A DNA stretch of 64,000 nucleotides, taken from the NCBI GenBank assembly GCA_021201815.1, contig JAJQEC010000083.1, positions 5,177 to 69,176 on the forward strand, written 5' to 3'. Positions 21,136-32,142 of this stretch are shown piece by piece. The stretch is from Candidatus Azobacteroides sp. (GTDB taxonomy: Bacteria; Bacteroidota; Bacteroidia; Bacteroidales; WRGA01). How positions within the stretch are numbered: the first letter of the stretch is position 1; each line of letters opens with the position of its first letter. Position numbers and translations under genes: made by a program. The notes beneath the pieces were generated by a model. It searched no databases. It was not told the origin of the DNA and saw only the letters and a program-made list of their open reading frames with translations.

Positions 21136-21141
21136 CACTAG

Positions 21142-21537
21142 TTATGCAAGTGTATATTTTCTTTTTCTGCTTCTTAAAAGAATATAAGAAGCAGCAAGCA
21201 GGAAAATATATATCATAGCCTTTTTTGATGTCTCTAAAGAAAGCATTTTCTGAGGGGTACTTCCGTCGTCAATATTGGGAGGGGGTGCAGTTGCAGTTCC
21301 TTCTTCATCTTTCCAGATATCCGTGATGCTGCCGTTCTGCTGGAAAAATCCCTGCTGTTGCAAGGCTTTTGTTTTTCCCCCGGTGCTGTTTTCCTCTTTC
21401 TCATAGAGAATGGAAGTATATTGTTTTTTATCTCCGAAGGACACATTCTCTTCCCACCAGCCATAGATAGGACTGCTGAATGATAAGAGTATCGCCAGAG
21501 GCAAAAAAATAATTCTGTATTTATTCTTCTTTTTCAT
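21142..21537 (-). CDS. Small-protein family member S2 (signal peptide, polar linker, TM helix + RSRKRK tail)
   Basis: 131 aa. PPNIDDGSTPQKMLSLETSKKAMIYIFLLAASYILLRSRKRK aligns with the C-terminal region of S1 and S3. Lies 18 nt after the 297-aa gene. Confidence 0.6.
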   Translation of the reverse strand: MKKKNKYRIIFLPLAILLSFSSPIYGWWEENVSFGDKKQYTSILYEKEENSTGGKTKALQQQGFFQQNGSITDIWKDEEGTATAPPPNIDDGSTPQKMLSLETSKKAMIYIFLLAASYILLRSRKRKYTLA

Positions 21538-21555
21538 TTTTCATTTTCTTTTAGA

Positions 21556-22449
21556 TTACCGGTAAATTTTTTCCGTCAGCCTTTCCCCGTTAGCTGTCAT
21601 GGACTTTATCAGATAAATGCCTTTTGGCAGGTGATGCAAAGAAATAGTTTTTATCTGACTATGCTTTTCAATTATTCTTCCTGAGAGGTCTGATATTTCT
21701 ACGGCTGCTTCCTGGGAAAGAGATATATAGCTGTTCTCATAGGTCATGGTCAGTTTGTCTTTTTCAGTAAGTGGGAAAGTAGAAGGAATCCCCTGGTCAT
21801 CGGTCCAGATATAAATTCCGTATATGGCCACGTTTGTATTTGCACCGGAGAACGCATTTACCGGAAGGGAAGGAAACATCGGATCGGAAGAAAGCCTGAT
21901 AAACTTCGCATTTGTTACTTCCAAGATATCCGTTTCACTTATTCCTTCTCCCACAGAGCATGCTCCCTGAAAATAAAGGGGAGTATCGGGTATCATCCCC
22001 ATAAAGAGAGGCACGGTAAACCGATCTTCTTCATCTGTTGTGGTACTGTAGCCATAAGTCAGCATCCTGTTAGCATATCCGGTATTGTACCATCCACGGA
22101 AAGCAACATGGGTAATATTGGATGTGCCCGTGTTTTCGATCTGTATCCATGCATAATCTTTGCTATTTGTCTGGTTGTATGCCAGTACGGCAATATGGCT
22201 TCCGGTGTTTCCATCACAGGTATATGTATTCGCCTGCGTAATGGAAAAAGTATTGGAATCACCTGCTTTATCAAAAGTGAGTTTCACTTTACTCTGTGTT
22301 CCTCCTGTAAACTCATTGCTCCCTTCTGTAAAAGCTTCCTGAGAAAGGTTGATAATTGCAATGGTTGCCTCTGTAATATCTGTCTGGGCTGACACCCTGA
22401 TAAGGAAAATACTTCCCATAAGAAAAAAGGAAAAAATATACTTTTTCAT
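21556..22449 (-). CDS. Secreted protein with T9SS C-terminal sorting domain
   Basis: 297 aa. Signal peptide and C-terminus VEISDLSGRIIEKH...LPKGIYLIKSMTANGERLTEKIYR. Confidence 0.75.
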   Translation of the reverse strand: MKKYIFSFFLMGSIFLIRVSAQTDITEATIAIINLSQEAFTEGSNEFTGGTQSKVKLTFDKAGDSNTFSITQANTYTCDGNTGSHIAVLAYNQTNSKDYAWIQIENTGTSNITHVAFRGWYNTGYANRMLTYGYSTTTDEEDRFTVPLFMGMIPDTPLYFQGACSVGEGISETDILEVTNAKFIRLSSDPMFPSLPVNAFSGANTNVAIYGIYIWTDDQGIPSTFPLTEKDKLTMTYENSYISLSQEAAVEISDLSGRIIEKHSQIKTISLHHLPKGIYLIKSMTANGERLTEKIYR

Positions 22450-22487
22450 TGGTTATATGTCTTTGAAGTGAATATTCTTGTATTTCT

Positions 22488-25400
22488 TTATTTTGTATAA
22501 ATCTTTATTGTTCTGGCCGACTGTTCTGTCCTGGCCCTGACGATATACAGTTTATCGTTCCCTGTTACAACTTCCGTATGGAAATCATTTACAGCTAGCT
22601 GCCTGTAAACCGGTTTTCCCTGCAGATCATATACCTGCACTTCTTTCAGGGGAGTTCCGTCCACACTGGTAATCATTATTTTTCCGTTTACAGCCGTAAT
22701 ATCCACAGCAGTATGTACTACCGGATCCCTGGGTATTCCTGTGGGCATGCGTTTTTCAAACGAAAGGAAGAATCTATCCGTAAGGAATAAGTCCGCTGAT
22801 GTTTTTTCAAATTCATAGGATGGATAAATACGGATGTTGACCTGGGTCGGTGTTGCAGCATACATATCATTGAGATACATATCGTAATCCGGTGCAAACC
22901 GATTTGTCCCATCAAAATCCAGGCGGATAGTTCCGGTTTGGGAAGTACGTATTCCTATGGGTATTTGTTTTCTGTCAAGCTCCGTATCATGGAGTATGTC
23001 GAGAAAATTATTTTCTTTGTCCATCAGAAAGACAGAAACCGGCTCTGTTACTTCTTCCATAAATACTTTCTTAACAGATTGTGCCATCTCCTCATCCGAA
23101 CCGTTTTCATGGTATACCAGTATGGTCTTATTCTGCTGTCCGTTTTTAGAGGCAATAATGGAAAGGACATCCGGATTTATATGAATTCCGGTCGAGCGAA
23201 GTTTTGCTCCCGGTTGTGTCGTGGTCATGTAACCAAAGGTATATAACTCAGGGAACGGATTCTGTGACTCTACCAATACAGACTGCATGGGGGGTATATA
23301 TTGGGTGAGATTTCCGGTTGGGGGCACCCCAAGCTGGAACGTGATAAAGTTTCCGTCATCGGCATCCAGTACTTGGTAATAGTTCTTAATGGATGTGGAG
23401 TTATGATTATAGAACTGCTCAAAATCCCATGAAGCCATAAAAGGGTTTCCGACGATAGAGAGCTGGTTGGCCGCTGTCGCTGTGGAAGAAAGTGTAATTT
23501 GTCCGGTTGTATTATTTCTTGCCTGTTCAAATACAAACCGATGTTCGTTTTGCCTGTTGAGAGGAACGTGATAGTTCGGTCTGCAGTTTGTTCCATATAC
23601 GATATAATAAGGATCATTCTTAGGAAAAGAAAAGGCAATGGAATCATGGATGGTTTCATCCGGTTGCTTGTCGTCGATCCACAGGGAAAAACCTATTCCA
23701 CATTCCATGGCTACATCCGGCGTATGAAACGTCCCGGTCCAGTCAGCCGCCACATATTGTCCCGAATGGGGGTTCGCAGTTCCGAAAAGCCTTGTATATA
23801 CAAATACATCGTCATCGCATGGGTTCGGATCATGGACGTAATAATCCCCAGGATAAAAGTCCTGTAAAGGATTTGAAAGCATATACCAGCGGTTACTCAG
23901 TAAGGAAAGCTGCACATAGGCCTTTTCGTATATCAGGCTATCAGGATGTGCCACTTCGCCACCATGCTCAAAAGTAATGTTTGCACATTCGCTGTGTGGA
24001 TAATCATCATATTTCGTTTTGGAAGGAGACAGGTCGGGATAATTTTCTACTACATCGGGAATTAATACATTCGTACAGGCTCTTGGAATATTCCCCCGGG
24101 GATAAAGGGAGCTGGAAGGATTGTACCAGTTTTCATAATTATGCCAGTCCTGGTCCGCAGCTAGCCCTGTCCATATAAGAGAGTCCGGGAAGAGGTACAC
24201 ATGCACCGGTTCCAGTTTATTGGTCAGTAGCTGATTAGTCCCCTGGTCCCAGATCTGTATGTAATAGGTTTGCACCGGAGAAGAATCTTTGCATACTATC
24301 AGGGAATCGCCCATATGGATGGCCTCACTCAGGCTAGAAGGAGAATCGGTGGTATACCAGTAATAGTCATAGGTATCTTTCGGGGAGAGTTTTACCCATT
24401 CGCATGTGGTGGAGTCTCCGGGGATACTTTCACACATTACATATTCCCCGGTTACCAGGGAGATTCTGCTGGTCACATTATTGTAATACCGGCACTCTTC
24501 CATATCGTTCGGGTATTCTTTGTTTGCTTCATTCCAGTTCAGCCGGATTTCCCATTTCGTATAGGGAAATGATTGAAGCAGGGACGAAATATTGTTCAGT
24601 TCGTAAGAAATAGTCTGCTGCTGGTTCTGGGTAATGGACACGGATGGTTTGGTAAAATCTCCCAGCCACGTTTCAACAGCCGGTATCTGGTCCTCATCGA
24701 TCAGGAAAGTAGAGATCTGCAGGTTTCCGGTGTATGAACTATCCCCGCGGTTATTGATTCCGATAGTAATATTGAGCTTATCGGCTGCCGGGTCCCACAC
24801 CATCTGGTGCTGGAAATTTTTATCAAAGTACAGGTCAGGGCCATGGTGAAGGGTTTCACCTTCCGAATTCAGATCTGTCACCTGTTGCAGGAAATGGTTA
24901 AAAGGCCGGTTTCTTGTGGTACCGTCTTTGCTTACGAATTCCGTAGCCGGATTGACCGGGTATTGCGGAACGGTCAGGTCATCGTTGATATAGACCGGAT
25001 TATATCCATGCTGGTGGTTGATTGTCTTGCATTTGGCCCACTCATCGTCCGGATGACGGTAATGGAACAGGCGTACCTGTGCCCCTCTCCCGGCTACATC
25101 CAGTGCTCCGGAGACAATAATGTCAGCATGGTTATTCCTGTCAATATCTACAATTAACGGATACTCGGTATGAGTTGCAGAAAAACAGGGAAAGGTGATT
25201 CTGTTATTTCCGTTTTTATCCAGAATTCTCAGGTCTGTTTCATCGCGGTATACGAGTTCCACTTCCCCGTCCAGGTCAAAGTCAAACATAGACATGGTGG
25301 TAGCTCCGGAGGTATCGGAAGTTGTTCCTACAAATACCCGTTCAAATTTTCCGGTTGTTTTGTTATAACTGATTGCTGTCATTCCTCCTCCGTTACCACC

Positions 25401-26828
25401 TGCTGTCAAAGTAGTGCCATAGGTAAAACAAATCTCCGGTTCCCCGTTTCCTGTAATATCTCCGATAAAAGCCCGGGAGCCCATACGGGTTGTTGCTGCA
25501 TTAGCAGGTAGCGGGGCATCTGTCTGGTCAAGTAACAATCCTTTTTTAGGGCTCCATGCATACATTCTGCAGGAGGAGTTGTATGCCATCGTGTTCATTG
25601 CAGATCCGTTTACTACCACCACATCCGGGAATCCATCTCCATCGATATCAGCTACAGAAGTAAATCCGTCTATACGTATTGCGTCCAGTTGAGAGCTTAC
25701 ATAGGAAAGGACGCTCACACTATTATTTCCACTGATATATGCCGAAGCGCTCCGGTCTGTAATGATGGGTTTGTATACTGCGCTTCCACAGGCAATTTCC
25801 AGTTGCCCGTCGTTGTCAAAGTCAGCCATTACCGGCATATATCCATATCCGTTGGAAGACCACATACCACCTCTGGGGGCAGTCTGGTTGTTGGGTAACT
25901 TGTCCGGAAGGTCTGCCAGCAGATGACCTGTTACAGCATCAAATATCCGATCTCCTGCTACCACCTGCGGATAACCACTGTTATTTATATCTCCAATGAC
26001 TGGCGCAACAGAATTTCCATAATTTGGAGCCGGAGGAGTATTCTTAAAATAAGGATAAGAAGAGGTCCATCGGTTGCTCCATGTATCAGTGCCCTTATTG
26101 TATGCATAACAGCGTAACTTGTATCCATCGTCTTTTCCTGTGGCGATAATAATTTCACCAAATCCATCCCTGTCTACATCAGCAATCAGCATGGGGCATA
26201 TTGTCCATGGCTCTACGTTCGGGATTGAGATGGTTTTTTTCAGTGTCAGGTCCGGGTTAAAAATATAAATGGCATTACTATAACCGGCTAAATAATGGTT
26301 AAATGCGATGATTTCCTGCTTTCCATCCCCATCAATATCGCCTACAAGAGGCTTGGCATATCTGTACACAAACTCCTGAGTGTAGGCAATTTCCGATATT
26401 TTCCATGATGTAGGCGGTGGCGTAATGGCACATACATCCATTTCCATATTATCGGGCTTATCATTTACATGGATATACACCCAGGCTGAACTGGTATTTC
26501 CATTGCATTCCAGTTCGTATTTCAGGCTGTCTTTCCCGGTAAAGCCGCTTTGAGGAACATAGAGGATAGTTTTACTGCTCGTGTTCAGTTGGGGAGTGCC
26601 ATGAACCGGATTTGTCCCGATAGAAAGCCTGACCGTGCTTTCCTCGCATTCCCCCAATTCATCGTTGTTTAATACATTGATCAGTGCGTACGTACCCGGA
26701 GTGACAAATACATTGTCGGTATTTGCCCTGAAGGTGGATGACTGGCTTTTTACATAGGTTCCTATGGTTAGAAAAAATACAAGGAAGCCTGCATAAAGTA
26801 CGTTGTTGAGTAGTTCTTTATTCATCAT
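22488..26828 (-). CDS. Giant T9SS cargo protein with Ig/VCBS-like N-domain, FG-GAP/VCBS beta-propeller, shared central module and T9SS CTD
   Basis: 1446 aa. Eight DxDxDG-type loops (GDIDGDGKQEII, ADVDRDGFGEII, ADFDNDGQLEI, ADIDGDGFPDVV...). C-terminus VQVYDLQGKPVY...LYIVRARTEQSARTIKIYTK. Confidence 0.85.
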   Translation of the reverse strand: MMNKELLNNVLYAGFLVFFLTIGTYVKSQSSTFRANTDNVFVTPGTYALINVLNNDELGECEESTVRLSIGTNPVHGTPQLNTSSKTILYVPQSGFTGKDSLKYELECNGNTSSAWVYIHVNDKPDNMEMDVCAITPPPTSWKISEIAYTQEFVYRYAKPLVGDIDGDGKQEIIAFNHYLAGYSNAIYIFNPDLTLKKTISIPNVEPWTICPMLIADVDRDGFGEIIIATGKDDGYKLRCYAYNKGTDTWSNRWTSSYPYFKNTPPAPNYGNSVAPVIGDINNSGYPQVVAGDRIFDAVTGHLLADLPDKLPNNQTAPRGGMWSSNGYGYMPVMADFDNDGQLEIACGSAVYKPIITDRSASAYISGNNSVSVLSYVSSQLDAIRIDGFTSVADIDGDGFPDVVVVNGSAMNTMAYNSSCRMYAWSPKKGLLLDQTDAPLPANAATTRMGSRAFIGDITGNGEPEICFTYGTTLTAGGNGGGMTAISYNKTTGKFERVFVGTTSDTSGATTMSMFDFDLDGEVELVYRDETDLRILDKNGNNRITFPCFSATHTEYPLIVDIDRNNHADIIVSGALDVAGRGAQVRLFHYRHPDDEWAKCKTINHQHGYNPVYINDDLTVPQYPVNPATEFVSKDGTTRNRPFNHFLQQVTDLNSEGETLHHGPDLYFDKNFQHQMVWDPAADKLNITIGINNRGDSSYTGNLQISTFLIDEDQIPAVETWLGDFTKPSVSITQNQQQTISYELNNISSLLQSFPYTKWEIRLNWNEANKEYPNDMEECRYYNNVTSRISLVTGEYVMCESIPGDSTTCEWVKLSPKDTYDYYWYTTDSPSSLSEAIHMGDSLIVCKDSSPVQTYYIQIWDQGTNQLLTNKLEPVHVYLFPDSLIWTGLAADQDWHNYENWYNPSSSLYPRGNIPRACTNVLIPDVVENYPDLSPSKTKYDDYPHSECANITFEHGGEVAHPDSLIYEKAYVQLSLLSNRWYMLSNPLQDFYPGDYYVHDPNPCDDDVFVYTRLFGTANPHSGQYVAADWTGTFHTPDVAMECGIGFSLWIDDKQPDETIHDSIAFSFPKNDPYYIVYGTNCRPNYHVPLNRQNEHRFVFEQARNNTTGQITLSSTATAANQLSIVGNPFMASWDFEQFYNHNSTSIKNYYQVLDADDGNFITFQLGVPPTGNLTQYIPPMQSVLVESQNPFPELYTFGYMTTTQPGAKLRSTGIHINPDVLSIIASKNGQQNKTILVYHENGSDEEMAQSVKKVFMEEVTEPVSVFLMDKENNFLDILHDTELDRKQIPIGIRTSQTGTIRLDFDGTNRFAPDYDMYLNDMYAATPTQVNIRIYPSYEFEKTSADLFLTDRFFLSFEKRMPTGIPRDPVVHTAVDITAVNGKIMITSVDGTPLKEVQVYDLQGKPVYRQLAVNDFHTEVVTGNDKLYIVRARTEQSARTIKIYTK

Positions 26829-26956
26829 TATTTTTATTTTGAATACTGAAAATAATCGTAGGAAGGAAGTTTGAATAAAAAAGAAAAGGAGCCCGGAAGG
26901 CAGGTAGAAACCTTCAGGGAAGTTTTTAACTTTACGTTTGAATATCCAAAGGCTTT

Positions 26957-26987
26957 TTCGAAAAGAAAGATCTTCTTTCTTTTCGAA
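26957..26987. promoter_or_regulatory. Perfect 14-bp-stem hairpin/palindrome in the leader of the 1446-aa gene
   Basis: ttcgaaaagaaaga tct tctttcttttcgaa, 130-160 nt upstream of the ATG at 26828. Confidence 0.5.
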
Positions 26988-27101
26988 ATATATCAGGATA
27001 ACTGAAGTGAAAAAGAAAAAATAAATAAGGAATTGTTGGAAAAAAAGAAGAAATTTTCTATATGCGTATGCGCAGGTTAGTAATATTTTACTTAGTGAGC
27101 G

Positions 27102-27122
27102 TCTCTCTCTCTCTCTCTCTCT
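27102..27122. repeat. (TC)10 dinucleotide microsatellite
   Basis: tctctctctctctctctctct, 274-294 nt upstream of the 1446-aa gene start. Confidence 0.95.
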
Positions 27123-27714
27123 AACATAATTCGGCTAACTGCCAAATTATCAGCAGGAAAATTAAAAGAAAAAGTGTATGTCAGAGAATGAATAGTCATA
27201 TTATACAACCCGATTAATCCGAATACAATAGTAAATTTTAACTGATAGTTAATTTGAAGGGCAAAATTAAGTAAATATTTTAAAATACCAAAAATTATAG
27301 AAATTAAGAGGAAGAATTAAAAGATGGATGTTATGAAGGAAATTACTTATAACAGGTAATTAATCTTTTCAGAAAGGAAGATAGAAAGCTATTTTTATTA
27401 ATCGTTTTTTTCCATCCGAAATTTATAGTTGTTGATAAATATTTCTTAATTTTTTCCAATTATAACTGCTATATAAGGTTAGGTTAGTTTTTATATCAAA
27501 TAGAAATAGCTAATTTGTAATTCTTTTTGCATTCTTTTTGTTCTTTTTTTAATTCTTTTTTGATAAAAAAAATCAATCGTTAAGTAAAGCTAATTTCTAG
27601 GATTTTTTTTGTTTCAGGTTCCGGATTCTGCATTTTTTTCCTCAACTTTGCGTAACCCTTAAGCTTACCGTGAAAAAGATTCTAATATAATAATAATCAA
27701 TAAATTGTTAAAAA

Positions 27715-29310
27715 ATGGCGAACTTAGATTTATCCAAGTATGGTATTTCAGGGGAGTATGAAATTGTTCATAACCCTACCTACGAACAGTTGTTTCAGGC
27801 TGAAATAGATCCGAAAAATAAAGGATTTGAACGGGGAGTGGTTACTACAACAGGTGCCGTATCGGTGGATACGGGAATCTTTACCGGTCGCTCTCCTAAA
27901 GATAAGTACTTTGTAAAAGACGAAATTACAGAAAAAAATATGTGGTGGGATGGTACAATCAACCGTCCGATCAATACGGAGGTATGGGATTATTGCAAAG
28001 GCCTTGTAACGGAAAGGCTGGGTTCGACCAAAAAGTTATATGTCGTGGACTGTTTTTGTGGTACCAATGTGGATACCCGGATGAAAGTTCGCTTTGTGAT
28101 GGAAGTAGCATGGCAGGCACATTTTGTAACCAATATGTTTATCCGCCCTTCTTTATATGAATTAGCTAATTTCGGAGAACCGGATTTCGTAGTGATGAAC
28201 GGTTCGAAAGTAACCAATCCGAAATGGAAGGAGCACGGATTGAATTCTGAAGTATTCGTATTATTCAACTTGTCCCAGAAAATGGCAGTAATAGGTGGTA
28301 CCTGGTATGGTGGTGAAATGAAAAAAGGTATTTTCTCTTTAATGAATTTTTACCTGCCGCTAAAAGGAATTGCTTCTATGCACTGTTCTGCCAATGTAGG
28401 CGAAGAAGGAGATGTGGCAGTATTCTTCGGATTGTCCGGAACGGGAAAAACCACTCTTTCGGCTGACCCGAAACGTTACCTGATCGGTGATGATGAACAT
28501 GGTTGGGACGATAAAGGGGTATTTAACTACGAAGGCGGATGTTATGCCAAAGTAGTGGATCTGAGCCAAGAGAACGAACCGGATATCTGGAGAGCGATCA
28601 GAAGGGATGCATTGCTGGAAAATGTAACGGTAAAAGAAGATGGTACGCCGGATTATTCTAAAGAAGGTTCTAAAACCGAGAATACTCGTGTTTCTTATCC
28701 GATCTATTATATTAATAAGATTGTATTGCCATCAAAAGCCGGACATGCTTCCAAAATTATTTACCTGAGCGCGGATGCTTTCGGAGTATTGCCTCCTGTT
28801 TCTATCCTGGATGAAAATTCTGCTCAGTATCATTTCCTGTGCGGATATACTTCCAAGCTGGCTGGTACCGAAAGGGGTATTACCGAACCTGTTCCTTCTT
28901 TCTCTCCTGCATTCGGAGAAGCGTTCCTTACATTGCACCCTACTATTTACGCACAAGTATTGGCAGACAAAATGAAAAAGCATAATGCAACTGCTTACCT
29001 GGTAAATACAGGATGGAACGGTACCGGAAAACGAATCTCCTTGAAAGACACTCGTGCAATTATCGATGCGATTATCGACGGCTCTATTGAGAAAGCGGAA
29101 ACAGTCCATATTCCTATCCTGAATCTGGTAGCTCCGAAATCATTGCCGAATGTTTCGGAAGGTATTCTGGATCCACGCGAAACTTACGGAAATGTTTCCG
29201 AGTGGGAAGAAAAAGCAAAATCACTGGCTGCGAAATACATCAAAAATTTCGAACAATACACAGATACCGAAGCCGGCAAAGCATTAATTGCTTCCGGACC
29301 TCAATTGTAA
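27715..29310 (+). CDS. pckA: Phosphoenolpyruvate carboxykinase (ATP)
   Basis: 531 aa with kinase-1a [13 protein letters not shown] and the overall ATP-PEPCK sequence. Confidence 0.96.
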   Translation: MANLDLSKYGISGEYEIVHNPTYEQLFQAEIDPKNKGFERGVVTTTGAVSVDTGIFTGRSPKDKYFVKDEITEKNMWWDGTINRPINTEVWDYCKGLVTERLGSTKKLYVVDCFCGTNVDTRMKVRFVMEVAWQAHFVTNMFIRPSLYELANFGEPDFVVMNGSKVTNPKWKEHGLNSEVFVLFNLSQKMAVIGGTWYGGEMKKGIFSLMNFYLPLKGIASMHCSANVGEEGDVAVFFGLSGTGKTTLSADPKRYLIGDDEHGWDDKGVFNYEGGCYAKVVDLSQENEPDIWRAIRRDALLENVTVKEDGTPDYSKEGSKTENTRVSYPIYYINKIVLPSKAGHASKIIYLSADAFGVLPPVSILDENSAQYHFLCGYTSKLAGTERGITEPVPSFSPAFGEAFLTLHPTIYAQVLADKMKKHNATAYLVNTGWNGTGKRISLKDTRAIIDAIIDGSIEKAETVHIPILNLVAPKSLPNVSEGILDPRETYGNVSEWEEKAKSLAAKYIKNFEQYTDTEAGKALIASGPQL

Positions 29311-29340
29311 TATTCCTTGCAGTTTCACTACATGGTTTGA

Positions 29341-29372
29341 AGGGTTGCCTGAAAGGGCAGCCCTTTTTATTT
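29341..29372 (+). terminator. Intrinsic terminator after pckA
   Basis: agggttgcc / ggcagccct 9-bp stem followed by a T run. Confidence 0.75.
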
Positions 29373-29608
29373 TGTAATCCGGGAGTATAAAAAGTAGGTT
29401 GCTGAATTGATCTTGTTTATTTATTTTTCGCTGTGTAATTCTACATGTGTTTTTATAAAAATAAATTTTAAGGGTGAATTCTTTTTTGTTTGTAATCGAA
29501 GTGAAAAAAAATAATAAATAAATAAACGAATCGGGGGGTGATTGTCCGGTAAAAAGGAGGGAAATAAAAAGATATTGAAATAAATAATTGTTTCCCTAAT
29601 AGGGGAGT

Positions 29609-29875
29609 TTATTCTTCTGCTGATTCTTTTCCTTCAGGAAAATTAATTTCTTGTGTATCGTTCTGCTGTTTTTTAGTTAATGAAGGAGAATATTCTTTTA
29701 AGAGAAGGTTTTTCTTAAATAAATCACATTCTACCTGCTTTTCATTAAGCGTTGTATCAGTAGTAGCGGTCAGTTGTTCAGAATAATCTGTTAAGTAACT
29801 GGCAGAAAAGTATAGAATACCTGCAAATATAAATAGTGAAATGCTAACTAAACCTATAACTGACCATCTTTTCAT
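29609..29875 (-). CDS. Hypothetical N-terminally anchored small protein
   Basis: 88 aa with one N-terminal TM helix. No motif recognised, and it sits isolated in an AT-rich region. Confidence 0.35.
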   Translation of the reverse strand: MKRWSVIGLVSISLFIFAGILYFSASYLTDYSEQLTATTDTTLNEKQVECDLFKKNLLLKEYSPSLTKKQQNDTQEINFPEGKESAEE

Positions 29876-30649
29876 AAGGTTATATTTAGAAATGTTGCCT
29901 CGTTTTCCAAATTTATTTTATTGGCCGGGGATTATAAGCCCGGTTTTCAAAGTAATAGATTAATCGGGACTTTCGTTTTTTCTTACGGATACAAGAAAGA
30001 AAAAGGTAAACTCCGGATAAAATAATTTGTATTTTTAATTGAAATGGCTTTCTCTTTTTATGTATACCTAATTTTAAAATCCTTTTTTAAGGGAAAGAAA
30101 ATGATATTTTTTATAACTTTCCGCCAAAGGATTAACTAATTTTTAAATAAACTAACTCACAAAATTATGATATTTATTTATAAAAGCAACAATATGGAGA
30201 TTTGATTTTAAATTTAATTTTGCTTAAAATGTTAAATTTAATAAAGATAACTCATAAAAAAGGAGAAATATAGTTTCTTATTCTTATAAATTAAAATATT
30301 AAAAAACGATGCAATAAGTCTTTCCTTTTTGTATTTTATTCCTGTTTTAGAGATTTTTTGTTTTAGTTTTCAAACTTTTTTTTTCTCATCTTGTTTACCC
30401 TTTTGTGAACCTAAAAGATGAAAGTTATGAACGAGAACAGAGAAAATGCACCGGATGTAATATCCGTATTGATGAGTGAATATGAAGACCTGGTATGTGA
30501 AATGAATAAATGTTTTGAAGAGGATGAAAGAAAAAAGTAAGCATTTTTTCTTTCTGATTTTAAAGAAAGTTTTCTATTTGCCGGATAGTTTAATTTTTAA
30601 CTATTTATATTTATAAGGAGTTTAGTATTCAATATCTAAACTCCTTGTT

Positions 30650-32098
30650 TTATTTTTTCTTTTTTCTCCGGATTTTTTTCCATATTAAGAAATAAATAAG
30701 ACAACTTCCTGTAATAATTCCTCCCAGCACATAAGAAAGAAGTGGAGTCATTCCGAATCCTTCCTTCGGAGCAATAAAAATAAAAGTAGAAGAAACCATG
30801 GTCATAAATAAAGCCGGTATAAGTGTAATGATATAAGGTTTCTTTTTTAGTGTGAGGTAAATTGTAATCGCCCAGAGAGTAAATACAGCCAATGTCTGGT
30901 TTGCCCATGCAAAATAGCGCCAGATAATTTCAAATCCATCCGCATCGTATATACTGTACATAAGAATACCAAAAGCGACAAGAAAAAGAGGAATAGCAAT
31001 TATAAGCCTTTTTAAAATAGGTCTCTGGCTAAAATTCAGAAAGTCGGCAATAATAAGACGGGCAGATCTGAAAGCAGTATCTCCGGATGTGATAGGGGCA
31101 ACTATTACTCCCAGTACCACAAGTATGGCTCCCAGTGAGCCCATCCATTCTTTTGTGATTTTATCTACTATGATGGCTGCATTACTCCCTGTTTCGAATA
31201 TACTTTTACCTTCAGCAGTATCAAAAAAGAAATAAGATGCGGCAGCAGCCCATATCAATGCAACAATCCCTTCGGCAATCATCGTTCCGAAGAAAATCGG
31301 TTTTCCCTGCTTTTCGTTTGTCATACAACGCGCCATTAAAGGAGATTGGGTTGCATGAAACCCGGAAATAGCTCCACAGGCAATAGAAATAAACATCATC
31401 GGGAAGATGGGGTTTGTAGCAGCCTGAGGATGTTTGTTCTGCAAACCTTCCCATATCTCCGGCAAAGCCGGTTGGTAAACAAGGAGAGATGCGAGTATTC
31501 CGAATGCCATAAACAATAAACAGAAACCGAATAGCGGGTATATTCTTCCGATTACTTTATCGATAGGAAGTAGAGTGGCTGCCAGGTAATAAAACAGAAT
31601 GATACTTATCCAGAAAGTTGTATTCAGGTATTCCGCCGTAAGATTTGCCAGTAGTCCGGCAGGCCCGACGGTAAATACAACTCCTACCAGCATCATCAGA
31701 ACAATCATAAATACACGCATAAACTGTTTTACGAAATTTCCCAGGTACTTCCCGTGTATTTCCGGTAAGCTAATACCGCCCTGTCTCAGGGAGATCATGC
31801 CGGAAAAATAATCATGTACAGCTCCTGCGAAAATAGATCCGAATACAATCCATAAAAAAGAAGCTGTTCCGAATTTTGCTCCCATAATTGCTCCGAAAAT
31901 AGGCCCTAATCCGGCTATATTCAGAAATTGAATCATAAAAATCCTCCAGGGTTTTAAAGGAACATAATCGATTCCGTCATGTTTTGTGTAGGCGGGAGTT
32001 GTAAGATGCGGATCAGCACCGAAAATTCTCTCTGTTACTTTGCCATACGTAAAATAACCTATCACCAGAATTGCTAACGATAAAAGGAAGGTAATCAT
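30650..32098 (-). CDS. cstA: Carbon starvation protein A (peptide/pyruvate transporter family)
   Basis: 482 aa, polytopic. N-terminus ...GKVTERIFG...DGIDYVP...FMIQFLNIAGLGPIFGAIMGA is typical of CstA. Confidence 0.9.
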   Translation of the reverse strand: MITFLLSLAILVIGYFTYGKVTERIFGADPHLTTPAYTKHDGIDYVPLKPWRIFMIQFLNIAGLGPIFGAIMGAKFGTASFLWIVFGSIFAGAVHDYFSGMISLRQGGISLPEIHGKYLGNFVKQFMRVFMIVLMMLVGVVFTVGPAGLLANLTAEYLNTTFWISIILFYYLAATLLPIDKVIGRIYPLFGFCLLFMAFGILASLLVYQPALPEIWEGLQNKHPQAATNPIFPMMFISIACGAISGFHATQSPLMARCMTNEKQGKPIFFGTMIAEGIVALIWAAAASYFFFDTAEGKSIFETGSNAAIIVDKITKEWMGSLGAILVVLGVIVAPITSGDTAFRSARLIIADFLNFSQRPILKRLIIAIPLFLVAFGILMYSIYDADGFEIIWRYFAWANQTLAVFTLWAITIYLTLKKKPYIITLIPALFMTMVSSTFIFIAPKEGFGMTPLLSYVLGGIITGSCLIYFLIWKKIRRKKKK

Positions 32099-32142
32099 AA
32101 AAAATAAACGGTTAATAAAAATTTAGCTTATGGCGTATGGTT

